DNA from: Mobula hypostoma
Lineage: Eukaryota
Reading direction: 5' to 3'
Assembly (NCBI RefSeq): GCF_963921235.1
Contig: NC_086108.1
Span: 107,014,001-107,078,000, forward strand
Length of the DNA stretch: 64,000 nt
The position numbers were made by a program, and so were the translations under genes. The notes beneath the pieces were generated by a model. That model had not been told where the DNA came from. It saw only the letters and a list, made by a program, of their open reading frames with translations, and made no database searches. This document shows positions 23,800 through 34,830 of the stretch, in pieces; position 1 is the first letter of the stretch, and each line of letters starts with the position of its first letter.

Positions 23800-24210
23800 A
23801 GACTATAAGACCATAAGACGTTGTAGCAAAATTAGGCAAATCGACCTATCAAGTCTTCTCTTCCATTTCAACATGACTGATTTATTATCACACTCAACCC
23901 TATTCTCTTGCTTTCTCCGTGTAATCACAAACTATCAATTCCCACTTTAAAAATACTCAATAACTTGGCCTCCACAGCCATTTGTGGCAATCAATTCCAC
24001 AGATTCGCCACCCCCTGGCTAAAGACGTTCCTCCTCTTCTCTGTTCTGAATGCACGTCCCTCTATTCTGAGGCTGTGCCCTCTGGTCCCTGACCCACCCA
24101 CTGTAGGAAACATCCTCCCCACATCCACTCTATCCCAACCTTTCCAATAGGTTTCAATGAGATCCCCCCTCGTTCTCCTGAACTCCAGCGTGTGCAGGCC
24201 CAGAGCCATG
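23800..24210 (-). mobile_element. CR1 LINE 3' fragment
   Basis: MALGLHTLEFRRTRGDLIETYWKGWDRVDVGRMFPTVGGSGTRGHSLRIEGRAFRTEKRRNVFSQGVANLWN. Confidence 0.9.
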
Positions 24211-24874
24211 AAAGAAGTTGGGAATGCTGACATCATGGAGACATCTGTAACCCATAATCGGCCAGGCCTCCCAGCTGGTGATCTTGACTCAGCCTCGGCT
24301 GGAAGGACTGCAAGCCGTGAAGTGAGGGAGCATTTGAAAAGTTTAAAAAAAAGAAGAGAAATGTTATTGTTCCTTTGGGACGTTAGACATCATTTTCAAA
24401 GCTGGCATAGTGTGTGGAATGCAGTAGCTGTCAAATCAGTCTCACTCAGCTTTGCTTAACCCTGGGGCTGTGATGAAGTATTGTAAAGGGTCTGCAAACA
24501 CTCAGTTGGAGTGTTGGCAGGGGGAAGGCAGACACAGGGAGAATCATTTCTTCTTTGCTTTTTCTCTCTCACTTCAGTGCACTGCGAATCATCAGACTTT
24601 GGAAAATTACCTTGTGAGAATCTGATCCCACTTACAGGAGACTCTGCTAAGTGTGCCGGAGAGGAGACATATCATTTTATCTTTAAATTGCTCCCTAATC
24701 CAGGGTGTGTGATTAAGGTCACAATTCTTACAGTGTGCCGTATGGCTGAATCACAGATCAGTTTCAATCCTTCCGTGGCAAGATGAGGGAAGGATGACTT
24801 GCTTTGTGCTTTAATCTAACTTGATTTCCCTATTGACTGGGAGCATTGCTCTAAATGCTTTAGAAATGCTCAGC

Positions 24875-25880
24875 CCAGCGGCCACCCACTTTAATTCCAC
24901 TTCTCATTCCCATTACGACACGTGGGTCCAGGCCCCTCTACTGCCACAATGAAGTCACTCTCAGTAACACTTCAAATTCTGTCCAGATAGCCTCCAATGT
25001 GATGGCATGAACACTGATTTTTATAACTTCTGGTAATATCTCCTCCCACCCCCCCCCCCCAACTTAACTTTTTCTCCATACTCATTCTGCTTCCCTCCTA
25101 CCCCTACTTTCAGCCATGATGGAATGGCGGAGCAGACTCGATGGGCTGAATGACCTAATTCTATTCCTACATATCTCTTATGGTCCTTCGGTCTTCTCTT
25201 CTCTTCACCTGCCCAAAACCTCTCTCCTTCGCTTTCTTCCATAGTCCACCCCTCTCCTATCAGATTCCTTTTTGCTTAGCCCCCTATTTTTTTGACCTCC
25301 TCCTCTCAGCTTGCTCATTATTTTTTTATTTATTGAGATACCGCAGAATAGGCCTTTCCAGCTCTTCAAGCCGGGCAGCCCGGCAACCACTTTTAACTCG
25401 AGCTTAATCACCGGACAATTTACAATGACCAATTAACCTACATACTGGTATGCCTTTGGACATTGGGAGGAAACCACAGCACCCAGAGGAAACCCACAAT
25501 GCGCAAACTCCTTATGTCAGCGGCGGGAATTGAACCCGGGTCACTAAGTGCTGTAAAGCGCTGTGCTACGCTACCGTGCCACCTTACCTCACTTCATTTT
25601 TCCCCTTTCCCCACCTACCTACCTTCCCTTCACCTGGTCTCACCCATTATCTGCCAGATTGTAAACTTTCCTCTCTCCTGCCGCCCCCCCCCCCCACCCC
25701 GCCACACAACCCCCAATCTCATTAGTCTGGGTTCCGGTCCCTTCCTTTATAATTATGATGAAAAGTTTCGGCCCAGTACTGTCCATTTCTCCGTGTAGGT
25801 GCTGCCAGACCTGCTGAGTTCCTCCAGCGTTCTCTGTGTGTTGTTCAAGGTTTCCAGCATCTGCAGAACCGCTTGTGTTT
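24875..25880 (+). mobile_element. Decayed PLE 3' end, interrupted by a CR1 tail (about 25110-25185) and a V-SINE (about 25320-25582, minus)
   Basis: CCACCCACTTTAATTCCACTTCTCATTCCCATT...GATGGCATGAACACTGATTT matches the GIY-YIG end of 3973-4140; pseudo-LTR tail at 25755-25880. Confidence 0.7.
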
Positions 25881-26259
25881 AAGAGCTGCTCATTTTACGC
25901 GGCCTTGCAGACAGAGCCTGAAGCTAACTGCCCATTCCGAAAGTACTTTTGCTGGGGGTGAACTGCCTTCTTGACCCGCTATAGTGCTTGAGGTGTGGGT
26001 AGAATCACAGTACTGTCAAGGAGACCAGGGGCTGTAACCTACTGACATTGAAGAAGCAGTGATGTATTTCCAAGACAGGATACTGTGTGCTTGGAGGGCA
26101 ACTTCCAGATGATATTCCTTGTGCTTTTTTTTACCCTTGTCCTCCTTGCTTGTGGAAGTCAAAACCACAAGGGGTTCTGCAGACGCTGGAAATCCAGAGC
26201 AATACACAGCAATACACAGAGGTTATGTTGCAAAAAAGGATCCTGTGCTTTCCTGGCAT

Positions 26260-26355
26260 ATATGATGAATGAACTCTTCTCAGGCTTCCAGCTGGGTACA
26301 GGGATCAATTTTAACCAACGTTTTGATGACAAACTCTGCCGTCTTCATCAGGCAT
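26260..26355 (-). mobile_element. Solo PLE pseudo-LTR 3' unit with hammerhead-like motif (family 2)
   Basis: Minus strand CTGATGA-A-GACGGCA-GAGTT-TGTCATC-AAAA-CGTT (GAAA mutated to AAAA). Confidence 0.8.
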
Positions 26356-26369
26356 CAGGTTGGATAAAC

Positions 26370-26783
26370 TGGACTGCTGGAGATTGAGGGGAGATTTGAT
26401 AGAGATTCATAAGATTATGAGAGGCATAGATAAAGTGGACAGAGAGTATCTGTTTCCCTGGGTTGAAATGTCTAACACTAGAGGGCATTCATTGAAGGTG
26501 AGAGGGGTCAGTTCAAGTGAGGATGTGAGGGGTTAGTTTTCTTTACACAGAGGGTGGTGGATGCCTGGAATGTGTTACCTGATATGGTAGTAGAGGCAGA
26601 AACATTGGAGGCTTTTAACAGATGTTTAGAAAGGTACATGAATGTAAGGAAGATGGAGGGATATGGACATGGTGAAGGTCGGGGATTGGTATTTGGGTAA
26701 TTTTGATTTGCTTTTTAGCTGGTTTGGTGCAACATTGTGGGCCGAATAGCTTGTTCCTCTGTCGTACTGTTCTATGTTCTATG
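26370..26783 (+). mobile_element. CR1 LINE 3' fragment
   Basis: GAGGGGAGATTTGATAGAG...AAGATTATGAGAGGCATAGAT through a (GTTCTAT)n tail. Confidence 0.85.
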
Positions 26784-26784
26784 T

Positions 26785-26985
26785 CAAAATGCTGGAGGAA
26801 CTCAGCAGGTCAGGCAGCACCTATGAAAGGAAATGTACAGTTGACGTTTTTGGCCAAGACCCTTCATCCGGTCAGGAAAGGTCCCCTCCATATATTCTGT
26901 GTGACCTGCTGAGTTTCACCAGCATTGTGTGTGTGTGTGTGTATGCTGTTCAAGATTCTTGGCATCTGCAGGATCTCTTGTGTTT
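26785..26985. mobile_element. Palindromic PLE mini-element with internal deletion
   Basis: ATGCTGGAGGAACTCAGCAGGTCA on the left pairs with TGACCTGCTGAGTTTCACCAGCAT on the right; hammerhead remnant on the minus strand at about 26840-26872. Confidence 0.7.
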
Positions 26986-27303
26986 ATGATTTGTCGTTCC
27001 ACTTACTGACCACTCTCTGCGTGGAAAATGTTGCCCATCAGGTTCCTATTAAGTCTTCCAGTCTCGCCTTAAATGTTTGCCTTTGTGCTTATGTTTCTGC
27101 ATTCTATTTTAGTTTTCATGTGTACTACCTCAAAGTAGAGAATCAATGTATGAAATGATCCAGCTGGATGACATTTAAACAAAAGCTTCTCACTGGATCT
27201 CAGTACATGTAACAATAATAAGCCAATTATCAATTACCCTCTTGCTTTGGACTGCTTTACTATGGAAAGAAAGTTTTGACAATCTAACTTATATATCCTC
27301 CAA

Positions 27304-27692
27304 GAGGCCCACAACCTTGTCATAGGGTTTGGAGGCTTGCATGCCTGAATGACCCAGAGAGATATGTTGGCTGGGCTTAGGGTTTTATGCTTTGCCTCTT
27401 GGTAGGGTCATCCAGGCCAAACAGGTCAAAGGGCAGAGGCCAGACTAAGACCAGGCTCGGGGGTTCAGCTCAGGGCTAACAACCTGACTGGTAAAATAAA
27501 ATCGTTACAAAAACAGCAGTGAAGAAGTCTTCTACATCTGAGTGCTACAGTATTCATGAGCCTGTACCTGGGATTTGCATAGCAGACAGTGGTGAAAACC
27601 CAGCGGAAGATACTCACATGATGAAGGAAGCCCTGAACACCAACAGCCTTCGTTGCTGCCCAAAATGCCAGCGATGTAAAAGACAGTCAGTA
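27304..27692 (+). mobile_element. Bipartite non-autonomous RTE (BovB/Expander-type head plus RTE tail)
   Basis: Head CACAACCTTGTC...TGGTAGGGTCATCC...GGTCAAAGGGCAGAGGCCAGACTAA; tail CTTCGTTGCTGCCCAAAATGCCAGCGATGTAAAAGACAGTCAGTA. A second copy lies at 49888-50205. Confidence 0.75.
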
Positions 27693-28306
27693 CCTTATCT
27701 ATGACTCTCATTATCTTCTATATACTTCCGTTGGGTGTCCGCCACACCGTTGAAACACATTATATCCCAATTCCCTCTTGGACAAAAGAAAATGATTTCT
27801 AGACCCACCTCATCATCTTTTCCCCCTGTTGCTAACTAGCAAACTGCTTCACTTCTCCCAGTGTGTGTTAGATTATTAAAATATATCATTGAAAAATTTA
27901 GCTATAATCATAAAGAGGCTTGAAATTCAGTTTCACACTAATTCAACTTTCTGAAAAATTGATTTCCATAATTCATTTGATACTTAATCTACTTAGTATT
28001 TGTAATAGATGCGGTATTGATAAACTAGGTCCAAATGAGTCATCAGAAAATGGACTAGACAATTCCACCGTGAAAGTAATGCGTTAATTAACTGGAAATA
28101 GAAGTAATGTGATGAAAGTCCTTCATTGCTCTTTGAATAGAAAATGAGAAGAAATAATTTACCAAAAATAAATCTTAATAATCTAGTCTGTATTAAGTCA
28201 CAGGATTTTGCAGTAAGCATGTGGGCATTATAAATCACTATTGAAAGGTATCTTCTCCTCTGGAAGCTAATAGTGGGTTTCTTTACTAAGTTTCTAGGTC
28301 AGAGTG

Positions 28307-28670
28307 TGTCAGGAAATGTAGAGAGGCTTGACCCAAAAGCAGAACGGTGGAGATGATTTGGCGGTGAACGTTAACTTTGTTAGAATACCACAAAATAACA
28401 AGCCACCAGGGGCCATGAAACAAAAGAGAGCAGGAACTAAACTCAACAGGCAAGGAGGTAAACTTTAGGCATGGGGAGCGAAAGCTAGGAGTAATTGGTT
28501 GAGTCCGGTTGGTTCGGTGAGTGAGCAAGGACTGTGGATGAGTACTGGGGTTAAATAGGCTGCAGGTGACGAGTCTGGAATGAGTGGTAGGTGAATCCTA
28601 TTAGCAGGATGGAGACTGGGAGTTGCCTGTGTGTGCAGAAAGGGAGGCGTCAGTGGGTGCAGGCCTGACA
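28307..28670 (-). mobile_element. Solo LTR (Gypsy-like)
   Basis: Perfect 7-bp inverted termini TGTCAGG...CCTGACA, 364 bp long, TATA-like TATTTAA on the minus strand at 28551-28557. Flanks GAGTG/TAATG match only partly as a TSD. Confidence 0.6.
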
Positions 28671-28844
28671 TAATGTAGAAAAATGTATTTGAGTTGTTAT
28701 GATAACATCTAGAAATTGGACATGAAAATGGTAGATTCCAGACCGGATGAAGGGATTCAGCTCAAAACATTGACTCTTTATCCCCTCCATAGATGCTGTC
28801 TGACTTGTAGAATTCCTCCAGCATTTTGAGTGTGTTATTTTGAA

Positions 28845-29975
28845 AATAGATGATGGAATTTAATGTAGGCAAGTGAGTGGTGTTATACTTTAGGAGGGTA
28901 AACCAGTGTAGGACATACATGGTGATTGGTAGGGCACTGAGGAATGCTGTAGAACAAAGGGATCTGGGAATAAGAATCCATAATTCCTTGAAAGAGGCAT
29001 CACAGGCAGTTTGAATTGTAAAGGGAGCTTTCAGCACATTGGCCTACATAAATCAAAAGTTTTGAATACAAGAGTTGGGATGTTATGCTGAATTTGTTTA
29101 ATACATTGTTGAGGCCTAATTTGGAGTATCGCGGGCAGTTCTGGTCACCTACCTACAGGAAATATATCAATATGATTGAAAGAGTGTAGAGAAAATTTAC
29201 AAGGATATAACCATATAACAATTATAGCACGGAAACAGGCCATCTCAGCCCTTCTAGTCCGTGCCGAACTCTTACTCTCACCTATTCCCACCGACCTGCA
29301 CTCAGCCCATAACCCTCCATTCCTTTCCTGTCCATATATCTATCCAATTTAACTTTAAATGACAACATTGAACCTGCCTCAACCACTCCTGCTGGAAGCT
29401 CGTTCCACACAGCTACGACTCTCTGAGTAAAGAAGTTCCCCCTCATGCTACCCCTAAACTTTTGCCCTTTAACTCTCAACTCATGTCCTCTTCTTTGAAT
29501 CACCCCTACTCTCAATGGAAAAAGCCTATCTACATCAACTCTGTCCATCCCCCTCATAATTTTAAATACCGCTATCAAGCCCCCCTCAACCTTCTACATT
29601 CCAAAGAATAAAAACCCAACTTGTTCAACCTTTCTCTGTAACTTAGGTGATGAAACCCAGGTAACATTCTAGTAAATCTTCTCTGTACTCTCTCTGTTTT
29701 GTTGACATCTTTCCTATAATTCGGTGACCAAAACTGTACACAATACTGCAAATTTGGCCCCACCAATGCATTGTACAATTTCAACATTACATCCCAAATC
29801 CTATACTCAATGCTCTGATTTATAAAGGATGTTAACAGAACCTGAGGTATAGGGATAGGTAGAACAGGTTAGAACTATATTCCCCAGAGGGTAGGAAAAT
29901 GAAGGGAAATATGACAGAGGTACACAAAATTACGAGGAATATAGGTAGGGTAAATGCAAGCAGGCTTTATCCCCT
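28845..29975 (+). mobile_element. CR1 RT fragment hosting a nested insertion
   Basis: GATGGAATTTAATGTAGGCAAGTG...GTTGAGGCCTAATTTGGAGTATCGCGGGCAGTTCTGGTCACC; the fragment resumes after 29830. Confidence 0.8.
29207..29824 (-). mobile_element. Young CR1 (GTTATATG-tail subfamily) nested in an older CR1
   Basis: MLKLYNALVGPNLQYCVQFWSPNYRKDV...RGNFFTQRVVAVWNELP; apparent 6-bp TSD AAGGAT (29201-06 and 29825-30). A tail-only copy lies at about 14228-14311. Confidence 0.9.
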
Positions 29976-29976
29976 G

Positions 29977-30200
29977 AGCAACACATACAAAATGTTGGTG
30001 AAACTCAGCAGACCAGGTAGCATTTATGGAAAAGAGTACAGTCAACATTTTGGGCCAAGCCCTTCAGCAGGCCCTGCCGAAGGGTCTCGGCCTCAAACAT
30101 CGACTTTACTGTTTTCCAGAGATGCTGCCTGGCCTCCTGAGTTCCTCCATCATTTTGTGTGTGTTGCTTGGAGTTTCAGCATCTGCAGATCTTCTTATTT
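29977..30200. mobile_element. Palindromic PLE mini-element (two pseudo-LTR ends head to head)
   Basis: About 95-bp arms (29977-30071 and 30072-30168) are imperfect reverse complements, each with a decayed hammerhead core. CTGAG is duplicated at 29974-78 and 30206-10 in the host CR1. Confidence 0.85.
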
Positions 30201-30854
30201 ATCTACTGAGGTTGGGTGGGGCTAGAGCTAGAGGCCATTTGGTAAGTTAAGGGAAACAGGTGGAAATGTTCAAGGAGAGCCTGAGGGGGGCGCATTTCCA
30301 CTCAAAGGGGAAAGAGCTGTCAGCTACCATATGTTGATCCCGCAATATCGCTCTTGGCCGCAGAGTGTTCCCCTCCCTAAAGAACCCCCACCATTGCTGC
30401 TCACCTAGACCTTCCTCTCCTCTGTTATGTGTGCCAAGTGACCCAAAGGATTCCAAAACAGGATACTGCCTGAGAGTGGAATGAGCACAGGGGACCTCAA
30501 CCCTATGTGCCTACCCTACTGCACTTCCTTAAGGCCACTCATCTTTCTTCTTGAACACTTGGTGTGATTACCTCACTAAGTGCACTGTCTAGCACATACT
30601 TGCCTCCCAAATGCTCTGTGGTGAGTCCATCACATCGCCATCTGAACCACCTGGTCAGCAGCCTCATGCAGATCTCTGCATCCTCCATCTTGCGTGGCAG
30701 AGTACCACAGCAAATGTTTTAGTAAAGATTGTCTGAGTCCCAGCCGCTTTTTGAACAGGCTCTTCAGCCCATGATGTTGTAGAAACATTTTAAGCTACTC
30801 CAAGATGAATCTAACCCTTCCCTTTCACGTCACCCTCCATTTTTCTATCATCTC

Positions 30855-31365
30855 TTAATTTGGAATACTGTGTGCAGTTCTGGTCACCTACCTACAGGAA
30901 AGATACAAATAAGGTCTGGAAGACCTGAGTTATAAGGAAAGATTGAATAGGTTAGGCCCTTATTCCTTGAAAAGTAGAAGACTGAGAGAAGATTTGATAG
31001 AGGTATACAAAATTATGAGGGGTATAGATAAGGTAAATGCAAGCAGGCTTTTTCCACTCAGGTTGAGTGTGACTACAGCCAGAGGTCATGGGTTAAGAGT
31101 GAAAGGTGAAAAGCTAAAGGGGAACATGAAGGGAAACTTCTTCACTCAGAGAGTGCTGACAGTGTAGAATGAGCTGCCACTGCAAGTGATTCATGCGAGC
31201 TTGATTTCAATGTTTAAGAGAAGCTTGGATAGGTACATGGATGGTAGGGGTATGGAGGGCTGTGATCCCGGTGAAGGTCAATGAGAATAGGCAGTTTAAA
31301 TGGCTCAGCATGGAATGGATGGGTAGAAGGCCCTGTTTCTGTCCTCTTCTTCTCTATGACTCTAT
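30855..31365 (+). mobile_element. CR1 LINE 3' fragment
   Basis: RRLREDLIEVYKIMRGIDKVNASRLFPLR...ARGHGLRVKGEKLKGNMKGNFFTQRV. Confidence 0.9.
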
Positions 31366-31429
31366 CTATGAGCCTTTCTCTAAGAGTTTCTTAAATGCTG
31401 CTAATGTATCTGCCTCTACCATCAACCCG

Positions 31430-32306
31430 TTTCTCCATGGATTGTCACCTTGTCGCAATGGAGGCTTGCAGGCGAAACAACCCTGGAAAATGTGGACCAC
31501 TTTCTGTATCTTGGAAGTCACCTCTCCTCCAATGTCGACCTTAATGACGGGATCCAACATTGTCTTTAATGCGCTGGAACAGCTTTTAGCCGTCTCCGAA
31601 CAAGAGTCTTTCATGATAGTGACATCTGAACAGACACCAAAATGTTAGTGCACAAAGCAGTGGTGATCCCAAGGCTCCTGTATGCATCAGAAACCTGGAC
31701 AACATACCGACGACATCTGAAGGCACTTGAAAAGTTCCATCAACGCTGTCTTCGAAACATCTTAAATATCAGCTGGGCAGATAGAAGAACCAACGTCAGT
31801 GTACTAAATGAAGCAAAAACAACAAGCATTGAAGCCTACGTCATCAGGAACCAATTAAGATGGAGCGGTCATGTTGTTCGAATGAAAGGTGAACGTCTGC
31901 TGAAACAAATCTTCTACTCCCAGCTTAAGGAAGGCAAACATAAAAAAGACGGACAACAGAAGAGATTCAAAGACGTCTTAAAAGCCAACATGAAGAAATG
32001 TAACATCGACATCAACAATTGGGAAACCAATGCCAAGGACAGGAAACTCTGGCAATCCATCGTCCGAGAAGGAACAGCAACTTTCGAAGCCAACAGATGT
32101 GCAGAATTAGAAGAAGAGAGAAGAAAATGGAAAGAGAAGCAGCAACAACCAAAGCCCGATCTGCCATCTGGAACTACCTGTCCTGAATGAGGAAGAACTT
32201 TCAAAACCAAGATTGGACTCATAAGCCACTTGAGAGCCCATAAGTAGATCAACAGAACGAAGACCATCATCTTTGACCTCGAGGGATAGCCACGATGACG
32301 ACGACG
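31430..32306 (+). mobile_element. Internally deleted RTE LINE with TSD
   Basis: 12-bp TSD ACCATCAACCCG (31418-29 and 32307-18). About 40 bp of RTE 5' head joins directly to the RT C-terminus (LENVDHFLYLGS...LLYASETWT...NQLRWSGHVVRM), a terminal C2H2-like motif (CPE*GRTF...LISHLRAH) and a (GAC)n tail. Confidence 0.93.
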
Positions 32307-32654
32307 ACCATCAACCCGGCAAGCACCCATCACTCTCTCTGCAAACAGCTTAGCTCTGATGTCCCCCTACACTTTCCTCCAATAACCTTAAAATTCTGCC
32401 CCCTGGCTGTCTCATCCCTCTGGCTTTTGAACATAGAATATAGAGCAGTGGAGTACAGTACAGGCTGTTCAGCCCATGGTGTTGCGCCAACCTTTTAACC
32501 TCTCCAAGATCAATCTAACCCTTCTCTTCCACAGGCCCTGCATTTTCCCTCCATCCATGTGCCTATCTAAGAGTCCCTTAAATGTGTATCCATCTCTACC
32601 ACCACCTCTGCCATGCAGCCACCAATCACTGTGTAAAAGACTTACCTCTGACAT

Positions 32655-33327
32655 CTACTTATTTATTGAGATATTGTGCAGAATAGGCCCTTCTGGCCCT
32701 TTGAGCAATGCTGCCCTGCAATCTCCTGATTTAACCCTAACCTAGGACCATAAGACCTCAAGACATGGGAGCAGAATTAGACCATTTGGCCCATTGAGTC
32801 TGCTCTGCCATTTCGTCATGGCTGATCCATTTTTACTCTCAGCCCCAATCTCTTGCCTTCCTCCCTATCTCTTCATGCCCTGACCAATCAAGAAACTATC
32901 AACCTCAGTCTTACATATTCTTGAAGTCTTGGCCTCCACGTCTGCCTGTGGCAATGAATTCTACAGATTTACCACTCTCTGCCAAAAGAAATTCCTCCTC
33001 ATCTCCACTCTAAAAAGAAACCCCTTTCTTCTGAGGCTGTGTCCTCTGGTCTTAGACTCTCCCACCAAAGGAAACATCCACTCTATCAAAGTCTATCACC
33101 ATTTGATAACTTTCAATTAGGTCACCTCATCACAGGACAATTCACAATGACCGATTAACCCATCAACTGGTACATGTTTGGAATGTGGGTGGAAACCAGA
33201 GCACCCGGAGGAAACCCATGTAATCATGGAGAGAACATACAAACTCCTTACAGAGAGTGGCAGGTATTGAACCCAGGTCGCCTGTACTGTAAAGCATTGT
33301 GCTAACCATTATGCCACCATGCTGCCC
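32655..33327 (-). mobile_element. V-domain SINE split by a CR1 3' fragment (about 32745-33128)
   Basis: SINE tail at 32655-32745, SINE head and V domain at 33128-33327, with CR1 3'UTR/RT end between them. Confidence 0.8.
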
Positions 33328-33994
33328 ATCTCCCTCACCCCTTACTATTCTTTCTTCTAATCATCTTAAAGTTATGCCCCCTTGTATTGGTCATTTCCTC
33401 TCTGGTTCTCACAACCTCAATTCATGAAACATTCAATCAGGAATCTTTCATCGAATATAAGCAATCGAGGGCTCATATGGGGAGCCTCAATTGAAACTGC
33501 AAAGCAATATTCTTCCCAATATCAGTCTAATGTTGCTTAGCTGGTTGGATAACACAGCCCAGAACATTTTTTACATGTTCATTTTAGGGAAAGACTCTTT
33601 TGGGACATCTGTTCCTTATCCCTCGACTGTATTCGTGTTGCTAACATTTACTGAACCAGCTGAAGCGTTACTAATGATATTGCCACAGACGGGTTGTGGA
33701 TTTCGACAGAGAACAAGCAGGAGATGGAGAAATCCAATTGAACTGTTTGTCCTGTGAAACACTTGCTTGGCAATATAGCACCTTCAGACAATTCAAGCAC
33801 GAAGACTGAATCAAATGGAACAATCTTCATCTTTGCTCTAATTAACAGAAGATCCGCAGCTCAGAAGTTCCAAGTACCTTTACTTTTTCAGCATCTTTTA
33901 TAACAAGAGCCTGCTTTAATTTTGTCACAATTTTTAACTCTTCATGTGTATGAGATGTTGATAAAATTCTAAGTATTTCCAAATGTGAGATTAA

Positions 33995-34174
33995 AGAGAG
34001 AGAAAGAGAGAGAGAGAGAGAGAGTGAGAGAGAGAGAATGAAAGAGACAGAGAGAGAGAGACAAAGAAAGAGGGAAAGAGAGAGGACAGAGAAAGAGAGG
34101 GAGTGAGGAAACAGAGAGAGAGAGACAGGAAGAGAAAGAGAGTGGGGGAGAGAAATAGAGATTGAGAGAAAAAT

Positions 34175-34206
<32 letters not shown>

Positions 34207-34208
34207 GC
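33995..34208 (+). repeat. Imperfect (GA)n polypurine tract
   Basis: About 210 bp of GA-dominated repeats. Confidence 0.95.
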
Positions 34209-34234
34209 AATTAGCTTTATTTATTGCAAATTGA

Positions 34235-34830
34235 TAGGGTGGCTAAGGTGGCCTGTGGTGTGTTAGCCTTCATTATTCAGGTGAAGTGTTTAAAAACCAT
34301 GAGGTGATGTTACAGATCTACATAGCACTGGTTAAACCACACTTGGAGTATTGTATTCAGTTCTGGTTCCCTCATTATAGGAAGGATATGGAAGCTGTAA
34401 AGAAGATGCAAAAGAGATCGACCAGGATGCTGCCTGGATTACAGTGCACGTTTTATAAGGATAGGTTAAGCGTGCTAAACATTTTCTCCTTGGACCGAAG
34501 GCAGATGAGGGGTGACTTGCTAGAGGTGAAAAAGATGACAAGAGGCATAAACAGAGTGGACAGTCAGAAACTTCCTTTCTCAGGGTGGAAGTGACTAATA
34601 CAGGGAGGAAGCTACAGGGGAATGTCAGAAGTTAAGTTTTTTACACAGAGGGTGGTGGGTGCATGGAACACACTGCCAGCGGTGGTGGGAAAAGCAAATA
34701 CATAAAGGGCTTTTAAGGGACTCTTAGATGGACACATGGATGATAGAAAAATGGAGAATTATCTTCGATGGAATGGTTAGATTATTCTTAGAACAGGTTA
34801 AAAATTTGGCACAACATCATAGGCCAAAGG
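34235..34830 (+). mobile_element. CR1 LINE 3' fragment
   Basis: VMLQIYIALVKPHLEYCIQFWFPHYRKDMEAVKKMQKRSTRMLPGL. Confidence 0.9.

Noticed and set aside
33842..34210. 122-aa Ser/Leu-rich ORF
   Set aside because: Mostly a translation of the (TC)n tract.
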